From Promethearchaeota archaeon (GTDB taxonomy: Archaea; Asgardarchaeota; Lokiarchaeia; Sigyniarchaeales; SOKP01): a stretch of DNA of 32,000 bases. Shown one piece after another: positions 18,006 to 26,101 of the stretch. The stretch is from assembly GCA_030606485.1 (NCBI GenBank), contig JAUWGH010000006.1:60001-92000 (forward strand), in the 5' to 3' direction. A program made the translations under genes and the position numbers. Under the pieces are notes generated by a model, which made no database searches, was not told where the DNA came from, and was given only the letters and a program-made list of their open reading frames with translations. Each line of letters begins with the position of its first letter. Position 1 is the stretch's first letter.

Positions 18006-19193
18006 ATGTTTGATGTAATAATTTCAGGAGCAGGACCAGCAGGGTCAAAATGTGCCGAAATTTTGGCTAAAAATGGTTTTAAAGTAGCTCTAATTGAAAG
18101 AGATATTAGTTGGCGAAAACCTGGTGGCGGAGGTTTAAGTGTAAGGCTTTTTAAATATTACCCTCAATTAAGAAGCTTAAATCTTCATAAAAAGCACACA
18201 ATGAAGATGTATTCCGCTGATTTTCATAAATTGGAATATAAATATAAAGGATTTGAGGATTACTCAGTAGTAATGGATCGATTGGAATTAGATAATTTGA
18301 TGAGAGAAGTTGCAGTTGACGCTGGGGCAGAACTCTTTGATAAAAATCTTTCGTTTGATTTTATAACTAAAAACCAAAAGAAAATTGGAATTAAAACAAA
18401 AACATCTTTAGGGATGAAAGAATATTTTGGAAAAGTGATTATCATTGCTGATGGAATGAGTTCTAAATTGGCAATAAAATCTGGTTTAAGAAAACGTTGG
18501 AAAACCGAAGACTTAGGTATATCAAAATGTGCAATAATGGAAGGGGAAAATTCAATGGATATTAATACCGTATATTTTTTTTACAAACCATTTTATGGCT
18601 ATGGCTGGATTTTTCCTATTGATGAAAAACGCTTTAATATTGGTGTTATCACATTCTATGAAGATAATTATAATTATAATCCAAATAAACTTTATAATGA
18701 TTTCTTAAAAGAACCAAAAGTAAAAAAATTATTATATAAATCAGATTATAAACAAATTTGGATGAGCTCTTTTCCCTTACCAAGTACAGGAGTATTAGAG
18801 AAAAGTTTATATGGAAATAATTTAATGATCGTGGGTGATGCTGCAGGTTTTACATCTCCAATAAGTGGAGAAGGGCTACATGCTTGTGTAGTATCTGGAA
18901 ATATTGCAGCTGAAACAGCGATTAATGCTTTTGAAGTAGAAGACTTCTCTGAAAAGGCACTAAAAAAATACAAGTTTAATGCAAATATAAAAAAAATAAT
19001 AAGGAATTTTAAATTAAAGCGCTCGCTTGCAGATTTTTTTTATGAAAAAGAGGGGAGCAATCTAAATACAATTTTTAAGTTGGCTGAAAACGATTTAAAA
19101 TTTAGAAAAACGGTTACAGATATCTTTTTATTTAACGCGACTCCTCCAAAAGACTTTTTTTCAAGAATTAAAAATGCAAATTTTAAATTTTAA
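18006..19193 (+). CDS. Geranylgeranyl reductase family FAD oxidoreductase (DGGR/ChlP-like)
   Basis: GAGPAGS Rossmann motif, IIADG, YGWIFP, VGDAAG...P.SGEG. Confidence 0.88.
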   Translation: MFDVIISGAGPAGSKCAEILAKNGFKVALIERDISWRKPGGGGLSVRLFKYYPQLRSLNLHKKHTMKMYSADFHKLEYKYKGFEDYSVVMDRLELDNLMREVAVDAGAELFDKNLSFDFITKNQKKIGIKTKTSLGMKEYFGKVIIIADGMSSKLAIKSGLRKRWKTEDLGISKCAIMEGENSMDINTVYFFYKPFYGYGWIFPIDEKRFNIGVITFYEDNYNYNPNKLYNDFLKEPKVKKLLYKSDYKQIWMSSFPLPSTGVLEKSLYGNNLMIVGDAAGFTSPISGEGLHACVVSGNIAAETAINAFEVEDFSEKALKKYKFNANIKKIIRNFKLKRSLADFFYEKEGSNLNTIFKLAENDLKFRKTVTDIFLFNATPPKDFFSRIKNANFKF

Positions 19194-19224
19194 TTTTTTT
19201 TTATTAAAAAAAAGTAATAATAAT

Positions 19225-20337
19225 TCAACTAATTTCTCGTAACAATTCATCAATTAGGTCTAAACCAGCTAAAAAATATTTTTTTTCAGAACCAATACCA
19301 AGGCGTATATAGTTGTCCATCCCGAAACAGTCCCCGGCTACAACAAAAACATCCTTTTCTTCTCTGAGTCTAGTGGAGAGTTCTGTGGAATTGATTTTTA
19401 TATTATACCGCAAAAATGCCATACCTCCTGCATGCGGGGGTATGAAATGAAAGAGCTCCTTATGTTTTTTAACCCATTCCACTAATGTACCTAGATTTCC
19501 ACTCAATAATTTCCGATTACGACTTAATACTTTCTTCCTTAATTCGGGTTGCAATACTAAAGTTGCAACTCGTTGGCTAATAAGGTTTGTAGCAATAGTT
19601 GTATAATCACTATAACTCCATGCTTTCTCAATAAACTTTTTTGGTCCAACCAACCAACCAATCCTTAAACCTTGAAGCGCATAGGCTTTAGCGAGTCCGC
19701 CGTTAACAATAACTTTTTCATATTGTCCCAAAAAAGTAGGTGTTTCCTTACCACTTAATTCTGCACCACGGTATATTTCATCAACATATAACCAAACATT
19801 TGCCTTTCTCGCTAAATGAACAATAGCCTTCATTGCTTCTTTACTTAATACGGCCCCTGTGGGATTATTCGGATTACAGATGGCAATCATTTTTGTTTTG
19901 AGTGTTATTTGAGATTTTAATTCATCGATATCAGGTTGCCAATTTAATTCTTCTTTTAGATGAAAGGGTTTAATATTAATCCCAAAAGAACGAGCAAGTC
20001 CAAAAATCTGCATATAGTTTGGCAACATGAATATTAATTCATCATTTGGTTCTAAAAGGCTCCATATGGTTAAAAAATTTGCTTCAGCAGAACCATTTGT
20101 CACTAAAACATTATCTAAATCTGCCCCAGGATATAAAGAACTAATTGTTTTTCTTAATTCTATGGGACCATTTGTCTGACCATATCCAAGTCGCATAGTA
20201 AGTATTTTTTCTAATTCATCTTCGTTTAACAACTCTTTTAGTGAATAAGGGTGAACACCACTTTCAGTCAAATTATATTTGACTGTATTTTCCCATAATG
20301 ATTGGGTTCTTTCAAGCATAAATTCTTCTAATTTCAT
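19225..20337 (-). CDS. PLP-dependent aminotransferase class I/II
   Basis: TNGSAEAN, CNPNNPTG, VDEIY, LAKAYALQGLRIGW (PLP lysine), IRLGIG. GAGG RBS. Confidence 0.9.
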   Translation of the reverse strand: MKLEEFMLERTQSLWENTVKYNLTESGVHPYSLKELLNEDELEKILTMRLGYGQTNGPIELRKTISSLYPGADLDNVLVTNGSAEANFLTIWSLLEPNDELIFMLPNYMQIFGLARSFGINIKPFHLKEELNWQPDIDELKSQITLKTKMIAICNPNNPTGAVLSKEAMKAIVHLARKANVWLYVDEIYRGAELSGKETPTFLGQYEKVIVNGGLAKAYALQGLRIGWLVGPKKFIEKAWSYSDYTTIATNLISQRVATLVLQPELRKKVLSRNRKLLSGNLGTLVEWVKKHKELFHFIPPHAGGMAFLRYNIKINSTELSTRLREEKDVFVVAGDCFGMDNYIRLGIGSEKKYFLAGLDLIDELLREIS

Positions 20338-20394
20338 GAAATTTCCTCTTTTTCCTTTTTTCTAAATTTAATTTATTATAAAATTTTATCACTC

Positions 20395-21363
20395 CTAACT
20401 ATTAGAAAGTAAAGCTTCATATACTGCTTTTGAAATTTGAATATCTTGAACAGCTACTCCGGTTAAATCTGCAACGGTAATTTCTTCATCTGAAGCACGT
20501 TGCAATGTTTTATTAGAAATCATAACTCCTAATTCAATTAAATCTTCCTTTGTAATCATACCATTTTTCATTGCACGAAAACATTCCCCGCGTGATTGAG
20601 ACTGATCGATGCTGTCAACTATAACCCTATCTGCTTTTTTTAAGATTGCGGAATCTAACTCTTGTTTTTCAGGAGTATCTGATCCCATAGCTGTGATATG
20701 AGTGCCTTTCTGGATTTGATCCGCATATATCAACGGAGTCTTTGAAGGCGTACATGTGACGATAAGATTACAAGTCGAAGTTACATCCTCTGTATTTAAA
20801 GTCGTTTTAATGTTATAACCTAATGGGCTCATATCTTTTTTGTATGCATCTATTTCCTGTTGTGTTATGCCACAGACAATAACATCCTTACAATCTATAA
20901 TAGTTTTTAAATACTGTAGCTGCATTCTTCCCTGAACGCCGGGGCCAACAATTCCTATTCGATGAACCTTTTTTGGAGCCATATATTTAGCTACAACTGC
21001 ACCCGCAGCCGCAGTTCTCACATTGGTAAGATGCCCCTCATCAAGTAAAATGCAAATTAATTCTCCTGTTTTTTGACTAAATAACAGCATAAGCCCACTA
21101 TATCCGGGGAGCCCTATTTTTGGATTATTGTAAAAACCAGCAGCAATTTTAATTATATAATAATCATCTCCTTTAATATATCCGTATTTAATATGGCAAT
21201 CACCCGGAGGATTCTCAAAAATCATTTCACCAATCGGGGGTACTACTACTTTACCCTGAGAATAAGCAACAAATCCTTCTTCAATTTTTTGTATCGGATC
21301 AATTGATTTCAAAATTTCTTTAATTTGTTCTAATTTTATTATTTTACTCATTTTTTTATTCAT
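20395..21363 (-). CDS. Ornithine cyclodeaminase/mu-crystallin family protein (EutC-like clade)
   Basis: HIKYG, IKIAAGFYNNPKIGLP, LTNVRTAAAG, GPGVQG, HITAMGSD.P.KQE, DLTGVAVQD. Confidence 0.88.
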   Translation of the reverse strand: MNKKMSKIIKLEQIKEILKSIDPIQKIEEGFVAYSQGKVVVPPIGEMIFENPPGDCHIKYGYIKGDDYYIIKIAAGFYNNPKIGLPGYSGLMLLFSQKTGELICILLDEGHLTNVRTAAAGAVVAKYMAPKKVHRIGIVGPGVQGRMQLQYLKTIIDCKDVIVCGITQQEIDAYKKDMSPLGYNIKTTLNTEDVTSTCNLIVTCTPSKTPLIYADQIQKGTHITAMGSDTPEKQELDSAILKKADRVIVDSIDQSQSRGECFRAMKNGMITKEDLIELGVMISNKTLQRASDEEITVADLTGVAVQDIQISKAVYEALLSNS

Positions 21364-22097
21364 ATATTTCTCTCTTTTTAAGAGGATCTAAATATTATTA
21401 TCAATATCAATTTAAATTTTTTAAGATTATAAATCTACCAGAATGAATTTATTAAACTAGTTATAATCATATAAATTGATTTTTCTTCTATTGTATTCTT
21501 TAAAATAAAGTATAATTGAAATTAAAAATTGTTTTTCTAGTTTCATATATTACCGTTTTTAAAAACATCAATGAAAATTTTTGATCTTGATCAATAAAAA
21601 AATTAATATTTATGCAATTTTTAGGAAAAATGGTTTTAAAAAAATCCAAAAAGAATATTCTTCATTCCGATTTCATTTCTTTTTCCTTACTTTTCTGACT
21701 AATTTAGGAATAATTTTATATATTTTGAAATTTTTTTGGAATAATTTTTCAATACCACTATTTTCCCATTTATAACAATTTATATTAAATTCAATTTGAA
21801 CATTCTTCTTTTACCACTTAATATAATATCAAGTTATAATTTATCGATTTTATTAGTATTCAATCTTATTTTTTAAGATAATCCTGTTTAATATGTGGAT
21901 TTTCAAAAATACGAAATTCTTATACAAAATAATAAAATTATGGAAATGAAAAAATCAAAAATGTGAATGAAAAAGGAATAAAAATTAAGAAACTTCATGA
22001 TTTATTAGAAATCAATCAATTTTCTGCTCCAAAAGCTTTAAATACTAGATTGATGTTAATAATTTTAAATAATAAAAAAATTATGAGTGAAAAAAAT

Positions 22098-22436
22098 ATG
22101 AGTCAAAAAGTTGAATCAAAAATTGAAAGTGTTTTAACTGAAATTCAGAAAGTTAAAATTTTCAATTTGGTTAGATATGTTTCAAAAAACACTTGTGAGC
22201 GAGTTTGTCCTGAAATCTTAGATCTGCTTTTAAATAGTGAAAAAGGAAAGTTAAAAAGCAACTTAGGTAAAAGTATATTTCATTTACAGCGAGTAGAAAG
22301 ACTTAACTCAACTATTGGTTTAGAAAGATTAATTGAAGCAGGATTATTAGTTGATACTGATGGACTTCTCAAAATTTTAGAATCATCTAAGCAAGATGCA
22401 AAAGACTTAGCAAGTGAAATAAGAGAAATTCTCTAA
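22098..22436 (+). CDS. Hypothetical helical protein (112 aa)
   Basis: ORF track starts at GTG 21963, but GAGTGA 7 nt before ATG 22098 (MSQKVESK) suggests the later start. Contains CERVC. No family recognised. Confidence 0.6.
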   Translation: MSQKVESKIESVLTEIQKVKIFNLVRYVSKNTCERVCPEILDLLLNSEKGKLKSNLGKSIFHLQRVERLNSTIGLERLIEAGLLVDTDGLLKILESSKQDAKDLASEIREIL

Positions 22437-22528
22437 TTATATACAAAATTTTTTTAACTTCTTTTACTTTTTTATCTATAATTTTTATTAATATTAATAT
22501 AATCTAGATCTCCTATATAATATATTAA

Positions 22529-23107
22529 ATGAGTATTGAAATGTTTCAGGGCTTTAATGAACAAATATCAGTTTTAGTTTCTCCTGTTAGATTTGATACA
22601 TTTTCTTCATCTAGTTTTTGCGAACTAAAAATAAAAAGTTCTGAGCAAATTAATCTAAATAAAGGCGATTTTATTAAAATTTTTGGAAAAAAAAGGGCAA
22701 CCGTATGCAAGATTAAAAAAATCTCATATGGCTATAAAGATAATAATATATGCCTTCCATATAAGATAAGAAATAAGTATGGTATTAATCTTAATGATTT
22801 CATTCGAATTCAAACTTTTCCTAAAAAGACTGCTAAATATGTTAAGTTAACTCCAGTAGATTTAGATTTTAAACCAACAAAAAAAGTTATAAAATTTATA
22901 AGAAAGAAGCTTTTAGACATGCCATTGGTAAAAAATGATATAATATTAATCAATATTGGTTTTAAAAGACAAATTGATTTTGAGGTTTTGAATATTCAAC
23001 CCACAAGTCCTGCACAAATATCTACAGGAACAGTTATTGATATGGTTTTGTCATATCATCAAGAAGAGAAAATTAAGGAAAAACTTATTTTGACTCTGAC
23101 GATTTAA
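22529..23107 (+). CDS. Stand-alone CDC48 N-terminal domain protein (double-psi barrel plus CDC48_2 subdomain), no AAA module
   Basis: GDFIKIFGKK.ATV, I.LP..IRNKYGINLNDFIRI, AKYVKLTP, L.DMPLVKNDII, F.VLNIQP, I..GT pattern parallels the N-domain of cdc48 at ~1500-2000. Confidence 0.72.
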   Translation: MSIEMFQGFNEQISVLVSPVRFDTFSSSSFCELKIKSSEQINLNKGDFIKIFGKKRATVCKIKKISYGYKDNNICLPYKIRNKYGINLNDFIRIQTFPKKTAKYVKLTPVDLDFKPTKKVIKFIRKKLLDMPLVKNDIILINIGFKRQIDFEVLNIQPTSPAQISTGTVIDMVLSYHQEEKIKEKLILTLTI

Positions 23108-24045
23108 ACATTTTTTAATTGCCAAATTTTAATGGTTTTGTCTATACTCCCACTTATAATGTAATATTTAGGCGTTTGAGTTTTGTATTGATCAATTTTA
23201 ATTAATTTTATGGATTCAATTTTATCTTCATGAGCAGGAATTTTAAAAATTTCTTGAAACGGCGAAATTGAATAAATATATAAATTGGTACCTCCCAAGA
23301 TTAAAAAAAACTTTCCATCACTTTGAAATATCTCAAGTGAATTTAATGGTTCTTTAAGTTGTTTAGAAATTAATAATTTAACATTATTAATGTCCCAACC
23401 AAATAATCCTCCATAATTGTCAATTCCAACTAGGAGATTTTGACTCGATATAAATTTAAGATCCATAATAGGACCTCCTCCTCTTAGAAACATTTTCTCT
23501 TCATTCATTTTCAAGTCCCACAGTATTATTTTAGAGTTAAAAGTTCCTAAAAATAACGTTAATTCGTTTTCTGTGCAAGAAATTGAAAGAATAGGAGAAT
23601 TATATTCGTCAATATTTGATAAGATGTGGAAATTTTTAAGATCCCAAAATATAATTTGACAATCAAATCCAGTAGAAATTAATTGATTCGATTTTTCAAG
23701 ATAAAAAAGTTTTTGAACATAATCTAAATGACTTTCTAAATATAAATCACAATACAATGTATTTGCTTTATTCTTCCAGATTTTTATAGTTTTATCTAAG
23801 CTAGATGAAAAAAGAGTCGAATATTTCTTAATAAAAAGTATATCGGTTATCCATTTCTTATGTGCATTGATTGAATTTAATAGTTTTGGTGTTCCAATAG
23901 TATTATCTTTATTTATATGTAAATCCCAAATTTTTATCGTTTTATCCAACGATCCACTATATAAAATCCCCTTTTCTTCATCATAAGCTAAAGAACTTAT
24001 CCCTAATGTATGCTCCTGCAACTGATAAAGTTGGGATAATTCCAT
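23104..24045 (-). CDS. WD40 repeat protein, seven repeats (complete beta-propeller)
   Basis: H...(I/V)..L...L.SGS.DKTIKIW repeats ending at WDL, WK, WDL, WDL, WDI, YSI, WQL. 4-nt convergent overlap with the CDC48-N gene. Confidence 0.9.
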   Translation of the reverse strand: MELSQLYQLQEHTLGISSLAYDEEKGILYSGSLDKTIKIWDLHINKDNTIGTPKLLNSINAHKKWITDILFIKKYSTLFSSSLDKTIKIWKNKANTLYCDLYLESHLDYVQKLFYLEKSNQLISTGFDCQIIFWDLKNFHILSNIDEYNSPILSISCTENELTLFLGTFNSKIILWDLKMNEEKMFLRGGGPIMDLKFISSQNLLVGIDNYGGLFGWDINNVKLLISKQLKEPLNSLEIFQSDGKFFLILGGTNLYIYSISPFQEIFKIPAHEDKIESIKLIKIDQYKTQTPKYYIISGSIDKTIKIWQLKNV

Positions 24046-24078
24046 TTTTTAATTTACATTATTTATTTTTAATATGAA

Positions 24079-24885
24079 TTAATCAGGTTTGTTAAATAAA
24101 TACTTTTTAATTAATAGATTTTTTTCCTGTGGTAGAATTAAAAAAATCCCATCGATTTCAAGAACACTTAAAAAATCTATATACTCTTTTGCAAATTTTA
24201 GACTTACATTTAATTGATTTTCTGAATTTTTCATCTCTTTTAATAGATCATCTGGAATATTTAAATTTAAAAATTTTTGAGCAAATTTTAGCTGTTGCGC
24301 ATCTAAAAAAATGCCAAGTTTGATAAATACTGATAATTCTAATGATTTCGCCTCTTGGATGAATGGAATAAAAATTGAGGGGTCATAATTTTCAGGTAGA
24401 AGTATAAAATCAAATCCTGCAATTTTTAAATCGCTAAAGAACATTGTATCTTCGGTAATCTCATCAAAAGATAAACCAAAACAAATATTTGATACATCAC
24501 TTGTTAAATCCGATTTGATTTCTGATACTATATCAAGGAAATCCCCAGAAATTAAGTCTAATTTCTCACTAAAAAAAATAATAGTTTTAATACCTAACTC
24601 ATGAGCTGAATAAATATTTGAAATAACCACATTAATATCTCTATTATCTAAATTAATCTCATATATGAGATTTTCATAATCTTTAATAAGCAATTCAATA
24701 GTTGAAAGTGGAGCTAATGAAAACCGATTTTCTACATTTTCATCAATTATTGCTATACCATCAACAGAATTTGTGATTTTTTCAATTTGTTTGAGAAAAA
24801 TGTCTTGGTTATTTTTCTCTGGAGCATCCAGAAATTCTATAAGAACTAAGTCGTCTCTTTCACGTAGTAAATCATTTAGGTTGAT
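24079..24885 (-). CDS. Degenerate methylenetetrahydrofolate reductase (MetF)-like TIM-barrel protein; probable start at ATC 24885
   Basis: The frame extends 64 codons upstream of TTG 24693 to ATC 24885 (stop at 24886-24888, GGTGA 7 nt upstream). It aligns by eye along its length with MetF at 26102-27034 but lacks the TGD loop and QTQ motif. Confidence 0.65.
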   Translation of the reverse strand: MNLNDLLRERDDLVLIEFLDAPEKNNQDIFLKQIEKITNSVDGIAIIDENVENRFSLAPLSTIELLIKDYENLIYEINLDNRDINVVISNIYSAHELGIKTIIFFSEKLDLISGDFLDIVSEIKSDLTSDVSNICFGLSFDEITEDTMFFSDLKIAGFDFILLPENYDPSIFIPFIQEAKSLELSVFIKLGIFLDAQQLKFAQKFLNLNIPDDLLKEMKNSENQLNVSLKFAKEYIDFLSVLEIDGIFLILPQEKNLLIKKYLFNKPD

Positions 24886-24959
24886 CTATTTTTCACCAAA
24901 TATTATATTAATAGAAATTCAGAATTCAAATGTAATTAATATTCAAAATAAATTAAATC

Positions 24960-24979
24960 TATTATTTTGCAAAATAATA
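24960..24979. repeat. Perfect 20-bp palindrome TATTATTTTGCAAAATAATA
   Basis: All 10 pairs checked. Lies between the methyltransferase stop (24997) and the MetF-like start. Confidence 0.7.
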
Positions 24980-24996
24980 TGAAAATAATACATGGT

Positions 24997-25533
24997 TTAA
25001 ATCTTATAATAATTGAATATTAAACCATCTTCAATTGAACCCCAATGAACCATAGGTACCTGTAATTTCCTTTTAAAAACAATATTGTTATTAATTAATT
25101 GATTATTAACTTCTTCTAAATCTATATCGTACTCTTTAGTATGAGTTATATAATAAGATAGAAAACCTCCTATCTTTAAAAGACGATTAACTTCTTGTAA
25201 AAACACATGCCGGTTCTCTTTATTTAAAAGGTGAAACACATCATAAATTAAAATAACATTGAGCGAATTATTTTCCAAGGGAACTGGAATCTCACCGGTA
25301 GTCTCAATAATTTCAATATTTTTTATTTTTAAAGAATTGATCTTTCTTTTTAATTCCTTTATTTTTTCTCCATTCTTATCAAGAGCATAAATTTTACCAC
25401 TCAAACCAACAATTTTTGATGCAACTATTGAATATATTCCTGAACCACACCCGAAATCCAATATTTTTTGTCCTTTTTTAATTCCTATTTGCTTAAGAAT
25501 ATTTTCTCCTTCAGATTTTAACCATTTTTCCAT
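24997..25533 (-). CDS. Class I SAM-dependent methyltransferase (UbiE/Methyltransf_31-like)
   Basis: ILDFGCGSG motif I, IYALDKN, NVILIYDVFH, LKIGG. ATG at 25533 (MEKWLK) preferred over 25599, whose extension is low-complexity intergenic sequence. Confidence 0.85.
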   Translation of the reverse strand: MEKWLKSEGENILKQIGIKKGQKILDFGCGSGIYSIVASKIVGLSGKIYALDKNGEKIKELKRKINSLKIKNIEIIETTGEIPVPLENNSLNVILIYDVFHLLNKENRHVFLQEVNRLLKIGGFLSYYITHTKEYDIDLEEVNNQLINNNIVFKRKLQVPMVHWGSIEDGLIFNYYKI

Positions 25534-25605
25534 AATATTGACTAATCTTAAAAAATAATTATTTTTTTTTAAAAAATGACGAATAAATATAAAAAACAAA
25601 AATTA

Positions 25606-26055
25606 TTAAGAAATTCTATCTTCCTTAATTCGACGCAATACAACACAAACTGATTCTACTTGTTCTATATCGCCTCTTGCCTTGAATGATTCAATCAATG
25701 CATCAAGTTCTGTAAGATCTGAGACATTCACCTTGACTAATAAACCACATTTTCCCGCTAATGAATAGATCTCGGCTAATTCTGGATATGGCCGTATATC
25801 CCTTATTAAATCTTTTAGATTCTCGGATTTTGGGAGAACTGTAATAAATGCATGAATTTTTTTTTCATCGAGGTTCTCCCCTAAACGAATTGTAAATTTA
25901 TCTATGATTCCCTTTTCTTGAAGTTTTATAACTCTCTTTCTAATTGTGGATTCGGAAAGCTCCACCACATCCGCTATTTCCCTGAAAGGACGACGCGAAT
26001 TTTCTAAAAGCATTTCGATTATTTTTCTATCCATTCTATCGAGTTTTTTTAACAT
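25606..26055 (-). CDS. Lrp/AsnC family transcriptional regulator
   Basis: LDRMDRKIIEMLLENSRRPFREIA...LSESTIRKRVIKLQEKGII HTH plus RAM domain. ATG 26055 follows a GGAGTG RBS. Confidence 0.92.
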   Translation of the reverse strand: MLKKLDRMDRKIIEMLLENSRRPFREIADVVELSESTIRKRVIKLQEKGIIDKFTIRLGENLDEKKIHAFITVLPKSENLKDLIRDIRPYPELAEIYSLAGKCGLLVKVNVSDLTELDALIESFKARGDIEQVESVCVVLRRIKEDRIS

Positions 26056-26101
26056 TAAGGAAAACACTCCGTTTGCTTTGAACTTTAAGACTTCATTAGT
26101 T

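Noticed and set aside
9022-19193. ChlD + ChlH + ChlP-like reductase read as (bacterio)chlorophyll synthesis
   Set aside because: No bchM/E/L/N/B/G or reaction-centre genes are present. GGR is a standard archaeal lipid enzyme, and class I chelatase paralogs are common in non-phototrophs.
3334-20337. Short track ORFs opposite or inside long genes (3334, 5185, 5340, 8109, 9030, 9377, 12392, 13328, 14020, 18260, 18746)
   Set aside because: They overlap well-supported CDSs and show no motifs or RBS.
21581-21775. 64-aa plus-strand ORF
   Set aside because: TTG start without RBS, and a Phe/Ile/Lys-rich composition expected from AT-rich non-coding DNA.
21963-22097. 45-codon N-terminal extension of the hypothetical protein
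   Set aside because: A better RBS precedes ATG 22098, and the extension is low complexity.
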